A program made the position numbers and the translations under genes. This document shows, one piece after another, positions 1-12,674 of a stretch of 64,000 nt of DNA. The stretch covers positions 19,942-83,941 of the forward strand of contig DF237356.1 of NCBI GenBank assembly GCA_000708835.1. The letters are read 5' to 3'. Each line of letters starts with the position of its first letter. Positions within the stretch are counted from its first letter, which is position 1. The notes under the pieces are model-generated. The model did not search any database, was not told the origin of the DNA, and saw nothing but the letters and a program-made list of their open reading frames with translations. Origin of the DNA: Klebsormidium nitens. Taxonomy: Eukaryota; Plantae; Klebsormidiophyceae.

Positions 1-3000
1 GCTCAGCAGCCACCTCCTCGTTCTGGGACACAGCCTGCAGTTGCATCTCCTGCGCACGAAAGGAAACCCAACACTCAGCAGTCTGGATGTCAGACTGCAA
101 ATTGGATCACTTCTGCCTCCGGGATGCAGAACGCCACCGGCAGCTCGGCGGCCTCCTCTTTGTTTTGGGCACCGCTTGCAGCTGGAGCTCCTGAAAGAAG
201 ACGAAACAGAGAGACTCGAGGATCGGACTTCCGATTCGCCAATTCGCTCTCTATATGAACAATATTCTGCACCGTATGAGCCGCTGTGCAGGCCTCCAGG
301 ACAAACACTTGACGAAACACCTGAAACTAGGACACTAAGCAAATCCGCTAGGAAACCGCCCTGCCTCTGATCAGAGCCCTTTTGCATCCTCGCTCAATCC
401 AGGCTTTACCTCCATCTTCCGCAGCTGCAAACTCTGTCCCAGCAAACCCAATTCAGACCGAATCTATCTCCAACCCCAACAGAGGAAGGCAGCAAAAGCG
501 CGCCGACACACAGGTTGCGTGAAGGAACGCGTTGCTCAATTCCAACCTCAGCATAACTCCGGGAACATCAAACCAGCAGAGTCCTTTCAGATCAATGCAT
601 CTTCTCCAACAGTCTTGAGGCACAAAAGCGTTTTCGGGCGAGGGCCAACGCCCACGGCCCTGTGAAATACAGGCTTGTTAGGACCCAGCCTTACCTGCAT
701 CTTCTGCAGCTCCAGCTCTCGCTCCAACAGGGCCCGGTTCGTGCGGAACAGCTCGTAGTTGGTCTGCGCGAGCACTGAGCTCTCGTCCACATTCACGCCG
801 GCGCCGCCCGCCGCGTCCACGAGCGCTTGCGAGAGTGACGTGATCTGTGACATCACCGAGCCGGCCTCCGAGAGCTTCACGCTCTGCGCGTCGAAGTCGG
901 CGCGGATCGCAGAGAGTTGCTCGTCCTTTTGCACGAGGGTGGCCTGGAGTTTGGCGAGCTCGGACTCCTTGGAAGCTAGGCGGGCCTTCACGTGGGATAC
1001 TTCGCTCAGGAGCGAGGCGACCTGATGGAAACGAAAGGGAAGTTATGAGCAACGCGTGACGAATGAGCTTCGCAGCACGTCGAGAGAAGCAATTTTGAAC
1101 GTAACCAGTGGATCAATAGAATTTATCAGGCTCACAGCAGATGCGTCAATGGAAAAGCCAGAATGCGGGACGTGCGCTAGTGCAATTCGGCAAGGATTCC
1201 GGCTTCCATAAAGTGCGCAGAAAATGGCAAACAGTTTCCGGGTCCGACTTGGCCCTGCTCGACATTCAACAACCCCAGAATCTCTTTCACCTGCTCAGTC
1301 CGCCGTTTGCAGTTCCGCCTCAGCAAGAATTATCAAGCACACCATACTTCAACAGTTGCTGAATTCGACTCCCACGCCCAAGCTTGCTTGACTCACCTGC
1401 TTGTCCGCCATCTGCAGAGCCACCTCCTTATCCTGCAGCGCCATGTGCGCTGCCGCCACCTCAGACGACGCAGCCTGCAACTCCAGCTTAGAAGAAACGA
1501 GCTCCGCGCTCTTCAGCTGCAGCTGCAGCATCGTGTTGGACAGCGCAGCGTCGGCCTGGCGCACACGCTTCTTGAGCCCGTTCAGTTCAGACACCATCCC
1601 ACGCACCATGCGGCGGTCGGCGGCGGCGGTCGTCCGCAGCTTCTCCATCTGCTGGCGCTGCTCGCTCAGCTGCTTCTCCTGCCTGCAAATGAAGGGTGTA
1701 CTTCGGTTGAACGTTCCAATAAGTTCGGAATTACAAAATGTTGTTTAAAAATCTAGTCACCTTTTTCACAAGAAGAAAGTTAGAAAGCGTCAAGTATTCT
1801 TGGCAGCAACCCACTGGAAGTTTCCCGTCTGCTGGCACTGCTCTCTCAGCTGCCTCCTGCCTCCTGCCTCCTGCCTGGACACACGTAATGAGGAGATCAG
1901 GGAGTGGTTGACTAAATGTTAACGAGAAGAGAAGAGAATGACTTATGAAACTCTATGTAGAACGACAATCAATCCGAAAGGAGTGTGTTCAGTCCACTAC
2001 GTATTCCGTTCTGCTACTTCTGCATCTGGAGACGGTGCTGAATCGGCTACTTCTCCTGCCTGCAAACAGACATTTGCATCTCGAATGCGATTGAGATTGA
2101 CAGCAATAACTGGGAGACTCTCCTGCGTGCCAGAAATCACAGCATTCGAGCTGGTGTTCAAACATTTGGGAAAAGGGGCTGGAGGGTTCGCGCTAAACAG
2201 TCCCAATAATTGGGGCTGCAACTCTGCTCCTCAAGTCAACCAAGCGTTCTTCACTTTGAGCACAATTGAGGTAACTGAGTGCAGAGCCACTTGTTGGGGG
2301 GAAGTACAACACTCAACATTCACAAACAGACTTCGAAAAAGCGCGTCCTCAGGGCATCCCTAAAAGCGCAAGTAGGCCGTTCAGTTCCTTTGCCAGAAAA
2401 TCCCAGTTTGATCAACTATGTTAATGAGGCACCGTAACAGAGGCCCACCTTTCTAGCTCGGCGCGATTTGCTTTGACCTTCTGGCGCTCCTTCTCCAGGT
2501 GCTGCCGCGCCTCGGTGAGCTCCGCCGTCTGCTTCTCATAGGCAAGCTTCTTCGCAGCCATCGCCTTCTCGTTGTCCGCCAGCGTTGCGCCCTGCTTCTG
2601 GACGTTGGACCGGAACTGTGCGAGTGCGCTCTGGGACAACTCCAACTCGCTCTGCAGAGAAGGGGAAGGAGTCAGTCCCTGCTCTGAGACAAATGACCCC
2701 CTTGCACCTTCTGCGGAAGAGCCTCATCTGCCTGCAACTCCTCTCTCAGGTACATTCCAGCCGAACACACCTGCCTCTCAACCCTCAAATCTGGTACAAC
2801 TCCTCAACATGTCAAGGGATTTGAACATCCAAGCAAATCGAGGTTTGGAAAACTTGAACAGGGAGGCGAGTCAAGGTATGGAAAACTTAAACAGGGAGGC
2901 CAGTCAACCAAGTAACCATCATGCAGCAAAGCCTCAGCCCTATGGGGCTTGCACCTTGTCCCTTGAACAACTCCATCTACAACCGAAGCTTTCACCCTGA

Positions 3001-5762
3001 TTCTGAAACTTATTGATCCCTCTTTCTGAGGGTTCAAAAGCTTAATCAAATTTGAACACATTTTTGATCCTGCAAAACCCTGGTAATGCAAAGCAATCAA
3101 GCGGTCCCCACCTGCACATCCTGCAGCAGCGCCTTGGCCCCCTGCAGTTCTTGCTGCATCTCTGCGCTCGCCAGGTTGGACCCCTTCACAGCGGCCTCGA
3201 GCGCATTCACCTCGTCCTGCGCTGCCAAAAAGCTCTCCACCTTCCGCTGAAGCTCTGTTTCAGTCTGATACAGCTTAGCCGTCCGCTCGTGGAGCGCTTC
3301 AGTGGCCCTGCATTGCAGAGAGGTTAAGTTGTTAACTAAGACATAGTCAAAGTAGATCCGTCCCGATCCCTGCCAGCTTCAGCTGTTGTTTAACAAACCC
3401 AGGCTTCAGGAACCAGTGTTGCATGTATAAAATTGTGCATTTTGACACCTCATCATCCCTTTAGCAGATGAGAAAGTATGAGCAGATGAGAAAGTAAAAA
3501 CCTAACCAGTTTGCATTTACAAGGAATACGCAGGAATGTGCCCTTATACTCTCCTCCAGTACATCAGTCTCTAACAGATAGAGCACTGGGGCCAGAATGA
3601 CAAATAGTCAAGCTTCTCGCAACATGATGCAAACTTGAACACTCTGTTGCCCCATTTGGATGCACAAAGAGTGAACCATCCATGAACCTCGACATAAAAC
3701 CTAAACCCGAAAAAGCTGCCAACCAAAGCAAGAACTGTGGCACACCTGCTAAGCTCATTCTCCCGCTTTGTCAGCGCCGCCTTGACTTTGCTCAGCTGCA
3801 TCCCCTCTTCCACAACCTTCTTCTTGGCCCCGCGTAGTTCCCCCTCTTTCACCTTCAGTTCCGCGGCAAAGCTGCTGACCTCATCATCTCGCTCCGCCAG
3901 CCTTGCGTGCAATGCGCTAACCTCATCCTGCTTCTGGGAGAGCGCCATCTGCGCACGCCTGACCTCAGCATCACGCGCCTTCAGTGCGGATGTTGCTTCC
4001 TCGGCCTCCTTGGTGCGTTGCTCCAGTGCAAGCTGGAAGTTGGCAATCTCCTCGGCGTGGCTATCCTCAGTATCTTTGGCAGTCTCAAACTGCCGCTCCC
4101 TGTAGTCAAAACAAGATGACTATTAGGCCTTCCATAAGATGGAAGACATCAGGCAGTAGCATGCCCCTTGAGAATTTGAAGCTGCAAATGCTGAGAGTGA
4201 TTAATTTGGGCATATTGTCGGCATGATTGCAGATAGGCAATGCCAATTTCCCAGGTGACTGGAGCAGCTCTGCAATCGTCGCTGATCGCAAGCAAAGTAT
4301 TGTCAGGTTGGGTTTTGCAAAAGGAATATCGGGCTGCGTTGACACATTCACTACTCAAACCATGTGATGCAGACATACACAAACTCGCACATCGTTGCCA
4401 AAGACTTGCTCTGGATTGTTGGCTTGTTTTTGCTCAAACTGTGCTCTGTACGCCCATCCACCGATCACGATCACGAAAATGCCTCCTACCAACTCTCCAG
4501 GCTGCCGTAAAGTCAACTGGCGAATGCCCTAGAAGCTTTACAGTATGAAGTCTCTACCATCAATCTTCCTTTGGAAACTACGACGGACCTGATCCTGCAA
4601 CAAATACCTCCCTGCAGCTTCTGCATGCTGGATGGAAGGATCCTATATTACGGTGCAGGTATAAAAGATCGAAACCGCACAGAAGCAGCATTCACCTGCT
4701 CAGTAGCGCTTGCCGAGCTGCCTCGATCTGCTTTCGATCTGCCGCCAGAGCCTCCTCCGCCTGCCGCACCTCGTTCTCCTTCAACTTGAGTGCCTTCAAC
4801 GCCGCAGCCAGGTCCAATTCCAGCTCGGTCACGGCCTCCTCCAAAGCGTTTTCTGCCGCATACCCTGGATCCTGCAACCGCTCCTCATGCCGCTGAGCCT
4901 GCCTGAAGAGGCGCTCAAGGACAGCACGTGCATAGTCCTGGGGAATCTCCTCGTTGCTGCTTCCACTTGCTGTTCCGCTCCTCCGGTCAAGGATTGCCCG
5001 GGTGCAGGGGGACGGACGTGTTGAGGTGCGGGACTTAGGAATGCTAAATCGGAAAAAGGCTGGGCACAGGGTGCCTTCCAGAAGAGGGGACTGCAAACAA
5101 GTGAGAGCAGGTTTGGCAACAGACCCTGAAAGACTTGGTAGGAGCTGCTGCAGTTTGGGACCTACTTCGTGTGCAGCCAATCCTCAGGCAGCTTTAGCCT
5201 TTAGTACCAGAAATGTTCATAGTAATGCCCAATAACGTCCAGTTTGCAAAGCAGGGGCACTGCCAGGGAATATCCTACCATCTCAGAGAAGTTTGAACAT
5301 TGTCAACAACTGCAGGAAGTGACGCTGCATTGATATTGTGCGTCGTAAAACTTAAAGGTCCTGCAAGACTGAATCAAGCCATTCTTGAAATTTGTTTTGC
5401 CAAACCTCCGCATAGTTATTCATGCAGACTCTTCTACTGGGCCTTGAGGATAGACACTTTTGATGTAGCATACCTACAGAACCTGCATGCGTGTAGAGAT
5501 AACAGCAAGACCCCAATTTGTTCTGCCAAGCAACTCCACCTTAAAACTCGAGATGGATCTGTGGGGAAATTGTGGCTCTTTATCCTACTCAAATTGCTAC
5601 TCCCTCTAAGCAAGGCATCAAACAGTGGCTATCAGAAACAGAGGCTGTACCAGAAGGCGCAAATAAGTTCCTTACCCTAGGAGCCTGCGCACTGCATCTA
5701 CCAGCTGCTCGTCCAAAAAGTTGAGGGGCAGTCGCCAGCGGGCGAGCAACTGCCACCTCCAT
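1..5762 (-). CDS. MRC: MRC/PII1-like long coiled-coil plastid protein (starch granule initiation); 3' end lies beyond the window
   Basis: Exons (minus): 5676-5762 (tentative ATG exon MEVAVARPLATAPQLFGR), ~5150-4696, 4099-3746, 3307-3112, 2651-2449, 1682-1397, 1021-695, 49-<1. Junctions from 4696 onward are GT-AG and phase-consistent. After a Ser/Pro/Arg transit-like stretch comes YARAVLERLFRQAQRHEE..ELELDLAAALKALKLKENEVRQAEEALAADRKQIEAARQALLSRE. This matches my recollection of the Arabidopsis MRC/PII1 N-terminus (VLFDKLFARTHRLE..LESDLEAALVALLKREEDLHDAERKLLSD). The rest is heptad coiled-coil. Confidence 0.7.
2816..2910. repeat. Intronic minisatellite, 33-bp unit x ~3
   Basis: TT(G/A)AACA recurs at 2821, 2854 and 2887. 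Units 2 and 3 are near-identical (GGAAAACTT[G/A]AACAGGGAGGC[G/C]AGTCAA). Confidence 0.7.
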
Positions 5763-7604
5763 GCTTTTGAGCAGAGTCAGTACTGTCAGGACCTTTCGAA
5801 GAAACCTTATGTTCTTTCCCCCAGCCCGGAGGACCCTGTAGCTGCTTTGCCGATCTTCCGGCTACCAACTCGTGCGAGTCTTTTCAAGGAGTAGTGCAGC
5901 CGCCTCTCTCTATGTGTCAGCGTGAGTTGAAACTCCTGATTTGGAGAGGCGACAGACGCTATAGCATGACAGACAGGTAAAGGTCTCACAGTGATCAATT
6001 CACAATCGTTTTCAAACTCCAAGGCGGTGCTCGTGTTGCTACTAGATTAGCCAGTATTAAAGAAGAGCAATAGGGGCAGAAACCAGAAACAAAGCGTGTC
6101 CTTCAGCTCTAAGCCTCAGCTCGTTGTAGATCTCTGAATGTCTAAAGAACCAACTAAACAACCATAGCTCCCTCTGACTCCCTTAGCCTTGCTTGACGTC
6201 CCAGGAAGGTCCCAAGCCGCTGAGCTCGTGCCACAGGAAGAAGGACGCCCCTCAAAAGAAGCACGCCTTGCATATGTGGGCCCCAATTTTGCCTTCTCAA
6301 TCCCGTTCTTCAGGGCTTCCCAGACTCGGCCAGAGAAGTTCTCTGGCACCAGTGCCAGCGTTCGAAATGTGTGGTCCATGTTTTCGCGTCTCGAGTCTGG
6401 ACAGTTGACTCCGCTACGGTAGGTACGGTACCTACCTCCAATCCAACGGTAGGCACTGAACGACTCTAGGCTTATTTGTCAAATCGAGGGCCTCCTTTGC
6501 ACGTGCAAAATTCCACGTGGCTGCGGGGCATGGTTGTCAAAGTACACGTGTCTTCTTTCGAATCTAGTCAAGGATACGACACTGCACAGTCTTGAAAGTT
6601 GATCAACAGTGACTCTTAGCAAATCCGCATCCCCGACCGGGATCCCCAGGATCCGCAGCGAGGTCGACCCCGTTATCAATTCCATTCATGATTCCATTGC
6701 TGGTGCCGATCAACTTCAAGGCAATTTCAGGCGCATTCTTTCCTGAGATAGTCGGATAGGGCCTGGAACAAAAATTCCTAGCTTTATGCCGAAGACGCAC
6801 TGCACCGTGCTCCATGGCTCTGACAACGCTGATGATCGGCCAAAGGGGTACACAAGTGTTATACACGAGTGTTACTATCTGGCACGTGGCAATGGACCCA
6901 TCGCATTCATATGGGCCCCCCATGGCCATGCATGATCCTATGTTATAGGAAGTACCGTATATGAAGCTTGTCGGACATTGCGGCTCTTTTGTTACGCGAC
7001 CGTGCACCAAAACTCTATTGAATCTACTGCTTCGATCTTGGATCAACATGAAAGTTTTCGGTTGTCAGTACATGATTATGACCCAAATTTGACCGGTCAA
7101 TGGCTGGGCTGCTTCTTGTGCCCGGTTATCATGCATCACAAAGCCAGAAGAAAGTCTGAACTTGAAGGCGGCATGACTAGGTGCCTCTTCTTCGAGACGA
7201 TGGTATTACTCGAGCAGCAGTGACTTGCAGTACCCCGGTGCCACAGTTTGTAAAGGCCTGAATTGCATACACACTATGGCTGGCTACGCGAGAGCATACG
7301 ATTCAAGCGGTTAGGTTAGTGATCTCCAATTCTCGGGCATACCTACATCCAGCTAACCCTGATTGTATTCTTATCCTCGCAGCTCGAGCTCGGATCATGA
7401 GAATCTGATACCACAGTAGGAGGTGCTCACACAACTTGATGGACGTATGTCGCTGTATTTTCACGTGACCTCCCCAGAAGTGCACTTGTAGGGCAATCCT
7501 CAAGCAACAACTTGCCCGAAAAGCGCTTTACCTGATCGAGGGTAGTAGTTGGACGTGTGCGGAAAGGATCATGGCCTGAACGTCACCAAGCTGGGCACGA
7601 GCTC

Positions 7605-10600
7605 TCAATATTGTTCTCCCTCGGCAACACCTGCAAGGATTGACACGGAACAGAGTTCAGTGCTTCATGTCCGCAAGCAATAACAAAGGCATGGTCTGAA
7701 ATCGACTTCGCTGAAAGCAACATAATAAGAACAGGGTCTGGTCCAGGCGGGAAAACAATCAAGGAACGGACTCTCCGTTTGAAGGTCCTGTTTGATAAAT
7801 CTTGGCAGGATGGAGGCCCTCGATCCGGGAGCTAGGAGTCTGCTCACAATCTGCCTAGGCAAACTTCACCGCTAGCATGAATCCTTCTCGATCGCCTCAG
7901 GAAACTCCCCGCACAAAACCTACGGGTTCAGCAGCATTTGACCATTCCGTCGACCTTGCAGCCTGTCTCTTATTCACGAATTTCACTGCCCTTGCAAAGT
8001 ACGAATCAACGGAACATCGATGCCTGTGGACTCACCCATTCCTGTGAACCGTTCGAAGTTCAAACTGCTTTGCTTCTTCTTCCGATGAACTTTCAGGTAG
8101 TAAAACGCTCCCCCGGCGGCCGCCCCCCCTATTAACAAGATTGCTACAATGATTCCAAAGATCGCTCCGCCGGATAGGCCGTCGTCTCCATGCGAAAAGG
8201 TCTGCGGCAAGGGGCCGTCGGGAGGGTTTTCTGCAACAAAGAACGGAGAGAGTTAGATCAGGAGCGAGGGGCCGAGCTGGCCCCAGCCCACGCAAAACAT
8301 CTGCTGAAGACCATTGCCTGATTGCAGCTCCAATTTCACCTGGGTCGACAACGTTACGGGCTTAGGGAGGAGCCTCGGAACCAAGACCTTGTTGACCTTG
8401 CTTTGACCTTTTCCTTCAGTGAATTTCTCTTCTATTGAAACAAGAACCCCAACACTCGCCCTTTCCGTGTCTACAAACCGTCTCGGCGGCTGTCCCACAG
8501 AGGATGGGCATTCCTGAGCAGAGCAACAGGAAGAGGCTTACCGCACGACGTGATCCGAGGATCGCAAAGGCTGGGGTTGTCATTCACTCTGGAAGTGGAC
8601 AGTGAAACCTTTTAGTCGGCAGGAGCATTCGAAACAGCCGTTGCCAACTTCAGCTGGTGCAATTTGAGGTCAGAAAACTTGGAAGCGAAGGTAGAGCAAG
8701 TATGATAACGTTCGTTCGTGTTTCAACACGCCTGCTTAAAAATTATGCTGGAAGCATCCAGTGGAAACCCAAATGGTTTTAAAGAGACGAGGAATCGCTT
8801 ACAGAAGTGTCACCCCGCTCTTCAAAAGTAGACCAAGTGGTACAGTGCCGTCCAAGTTGTTGTAACTCATGTCACTGCAAAAGGGCCCGCTTTAAAAATG
8901 TCAGAAGTTCCAATGGATGGGTCGTGAGGTGATATCTCCGGAAGCAGAACAATGCAATGCATCTCCAAGTCTAGGTAGACAAGAAGACGTCACCCTCCTT
9001 AGGTTGCTTCTGTAATGATACAATCTGCAACAAGACGATACTCACATGATGGATAGACTTGTCAGATTTTGCAAGCCTGTTGGCATTGGCCCATAGAAGT
9101 AGTTGTGAGATACGTTCCTGCAAGTCATAGAGAGTATGTGATTAGATGAGATTGTTGGCTCTGCTGTGCATCTAAGCTCGCACTGCTGTACATCAAACCA
9201 GCAACACTTCCTCAACAACATGCGAGACGCAGAGTGAGCCAAGGGTGCAAGATTCTCTGTGCGTGTTCGGCAAAGGCAAAGAGCCACAATGTTCTCCTCA
9301 ACAGGAACTGTGGAGAGCTTACAAGATCTTGAGGTTGGTTACATTGAGCAACGCCGGGGAGATCGTGCCAGTCAGATTCAGGTTGCTGAGGTTTCTGCAG
9401 AGACAGTAGCGAAATGCGCGCAGTTAGGGACTTTGTCAACGGTCCAATCGAAAGGGTTGGCAGATGTCAGGTAACCCTATTGGAGTTGATGATGCCAAAC
9501 AGGCAAGTAACCACACTTCCTCAGAAGAGGATGCCCTACAGGATTCTCTTGTCAGCAGCCCCTGACATCAGATTCATGCTCCATCTTCAAAGTCAAGCAG
9601 TGCTGCAATGAAAAACTTCGATGAAGAGTGATTTTGACGAACTTTGGTGCACCTGAGTGCACCTAGTTTGTGGTGACAGCAAGGTGTTCAGTTGGACAGT
9701 AGGTCAAGGGATGTCTGAAATGTTCGTAATCAACTCACAGTCCCAACCAACCAGTATGAGAGCACCTCATCGTAAAGCGGGGCCGCATTGGGTCCTTCTC
9801 TAGTGAAATTAGGTTCTGGGCCTCGTAAGCCCTTTTCAGAGATTGTCCAAGGCAATCCGTGCCGAGGGGCCTCACTGCGGACGAAGCTATTTCCCCACAG
9901 CGACCTTTGCATTTTCGTGTCAAGGACTTACATTTCTGAAACAGCGTCCGTAGCACCAAAAGCCCCCGCCTCGATGCCCCCACAAGCGACCCCCTGGTAA
10001 AGGCATGGGTTTTCGCCCGCCCAGCTCGCAAGGTGGTTGTATGGGTCAACAATGAAGCTCCTGAACTGAGCAAGAGCACTTACTGCACCGGGTAGAGAGT
10101 TGCAATCAATCAGTCTCAATTTGGGCTCGCTAGCTGTCCCCTTCCCTTGGAAAACAACTTTCCTTTTGGTCAGTGATTTTGATGACAGTCCCTTGCTACC
10201 ACCAGGGGGTTAAGCATCTACTCTCTTGAGGCTTGGTGTATGCCATACTTGATTGTGTGCAACGTATAAGAATCTGACAAAGCTTAGGTGCAGCCTCAAG
10301 TCTGAGACTGAGAATCCTTGTGACAAGTAAAACTCAAAGCCAGTTCGTCAGTTTCGTCAATTGACCATCTAGTGTTCCCATTGAGCGACTCGAAACCCTC
10401 TTTGTAGAGATCTGCTTTCCTGCAAGCTCCCCAGTCTTTTGTCAAGGGGCTATATTTGTCCAGCCGGCAGGAGCAGGTGCGCCCTAGTGCTTGGATTCTT
10501 ACTTCGTGGCACACAAAAGTATTGCTTTTTGAGTCACCTCAGGGGACGAAGGAAAACAACGACTGACAAGAGAATCTGCATAGTCTATTCAAGTGTCAGT

Positions 10601-10859
10601 AGCCATAGGTCTGGGTGATTTGTAAAGTCTTGTCTCATGGTAGGAATGATGTGCAAAATATGCTCCAATGAATCATGTACAGGCAACAGAATGCAGACCA
10701 AGCATACATATGCAAACACATGGAAAGGCACGATTTGGGATGACTAGTGTCACCTTCAGCTTGTGTGACTTGAGCTGTGGCCACAGGCAACCCAACAACC
10801 GCCAGGACCAATGCCCAAAGCCACTTGCTCCTCAGATCAACATGCTTGAAGCCATCCAT
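7605..10859 (-). CDS. LRR receptor-like protein without kinase (signal peptide, LRRNT, 3 LRRs, LRRCT, TM, short tail), 246 aa
   Basis: Exons 10859-10754, 10082-9932, 9394-9323, 9117-9046, 8874-8803, 8588-8542, 8230-8036 and 7630-7605 total 741 nt, all in phase. Signal WLWALVLAVVGLPVATA; LRRNT ALAQFRSFIVDPYNHLASWAGENPCLYQGVAC; three 72-bp phase-2 LRR exons (NLSNLNLTGTISPAL, NVSHNYFYGPMPTGL, DMSYNNLDGTVPLGL); cap NDNPSLCDPRITSC; TM GAIFGIIVAILLIGGAAAGGAFYY; tail ends FERFTGMGVAEGEQY*. Confidence 0.85.
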
Positions 10860-12674
10860 TCCTCAGCTGGGGGCCACCTCAGAAGCAAGACTTTGTACCC
10901 AGGCAATGCCGGAGGTGGGGTGCCTGCTAGTGTGTCTAGAGGGCAACCCCGAGCCCAATTGAGCTGCAATGAGCTCCAAGATACTGGATCTTGAGAGGTC
11001 AACTCGCTGCAAGCAATTCCGCCCTGTTTTCGCCAGGCCTGCACGCCAATTGCAACTTGCAGGCCGCTCGGACAAATGGTTGTTAGAAAGCCCAAAGAAA
11101 TGAGCACAGTTGCTCTGCTTAGATCCTGGTTTCCATAGAGGATGCACTTTTCCCCGCACCTTTTCCCCTTTCAGATGTGAAGGCTGCCGCCACGATGTCT
11201 TGTCATTGATAATTTGATTGGCACCAGAGCGCAAGCTATTTTGACTCCTGAGCTCCGCTGACCGCCTCTGACTCTGTGTCAGAACGTTCTGCTGAGCTCC
11301 GAGTCCCGGGAAAACCGGAGCTGGCTTCGAAACTCGCTTCCGTCAGCAACACACCGCGGCGACCATGCTAGTCCCTCCAAGGATTGCAGTGTCGCTCCAC
11401 GCATTGTTAGGGTTCAGGCGTCTATGCAGCGCTCTTTTGACCTGCCTAGCTTTCAAAAGCTCGACAATCAAGCTGAACAGTTGCGAGGCTTGCGCTGATC
11501 GAGGGCATTGGATGAAATCCAGAACTCCATCCCTGTAGATTGAAGTTGAACATCAGTCAAGTGCAATGACAAAAGGTTGCAGGCTGAGTGCTCAGGAGGA
11601 AGTTAGGGAGTACGCGGGGCCGGACGTGGCAAGTACTTACTGTAATACTTACAGCTCCACACGTTTGAATTCAAGGAAAACTTTCGCAGATGTTGCTGCT
11701 CCCCAGTTCAACTCTGATGAGAGCTCCTGCCTTGCTACTGCACCAATTGTCACATCGATTGCTGATTACTTGCTCAAGCTACATTACTTCCGCGCTCGAG
11801 CAGTTGTGGCCTCCTAACCTGCAATCCCACGAGTGTCACCTCCTGGCAACATCCTGCTCCACAAGCCTGCTGCAATGCTAAACTCTGACCACAGTTCTTC
11901 TTAAGATACAAGTAAGCAGCCAGGATAGACATAGAGGAGCTCCAATGGCTGAAACACCACTCCTACTCCCCCAAATGACAGCAGTCACAGAGAGCGGAAT
12001 CCATGCCGGAGGCACATTTCCCTCTGCTTTTATGAGGAATTGTGGGCAGGTGAGCACAAAACGCAAAAGGAAGTTGCAGCTTCTAGAAATTGGGACGAAG
12101 ACCGGGGTCACCTCTTTTTAAGCCCAGGTTATTTGAAATTAACCTGCCTGTGATGGGTCTATTGTAAACATGGGTCACTGCGAAGCAGGTAATTCTTTGG
12201 CTTCGAATCTTCGGTATTAGCTCCGTTCTTGCTGTAACTTGAGCTTAATGTAACGAAACCCAAGGGAAGTTCAGGTCAGGAGGGAGCTGTTGTAAATGTT
12301 GAGGTGTTCTCTTCAAGTACCTCTGGGGTCTGAGAACACAGTCAGCTTGCAATTGGAGACAGCCACCTGCCGTCCATATTAAGCAGGGAATACAGATGCT
12401 CCTTCGGTGAAAAGGAGCACAAATTTTGCACTTAGGATACATAGCTCTCAAGCTATGCTCCCAAAAGTGGGTGCTGGGAACTTACCACCAGTTTCTATCC
12501 TTGCAGGAAAACGTTTTGCTGCGCACAGGTGGGTTTGAAATATTCATATCCATCCTAGAAGTGTCGTTCATCTTTGCTATTGGACTTTGTCACCACTGAC
12601 ACTCAATGAAGGGTGGATAACCTGTGGTACATAGTATTAGGAGACTGAGGGACTCTCTCCCAAACACTTGCTGT

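Noticed and set aside
6418-6436. Perfect 9-bp inverted repeat GGTAGGTAC-G-GTACCTACC
   Set aside because: Too short and isolated to assign a function.
5807-7049. ORFs 5807-6022, 6116-6379 and 6603-7049 as a possible kinase continuation of the LRR gene
   Set aside because: No kinase or other recognisable motifs and no convincing splice chain.
8416-8583. 55-aa signal-peptide-like Cys-rich ORF (MTTPAF..CRHGKGECWGSCF) on the minus strand
   Set aside because: It overlaps the LRRCT exon in another frame and runs through its donor; most likely chance.
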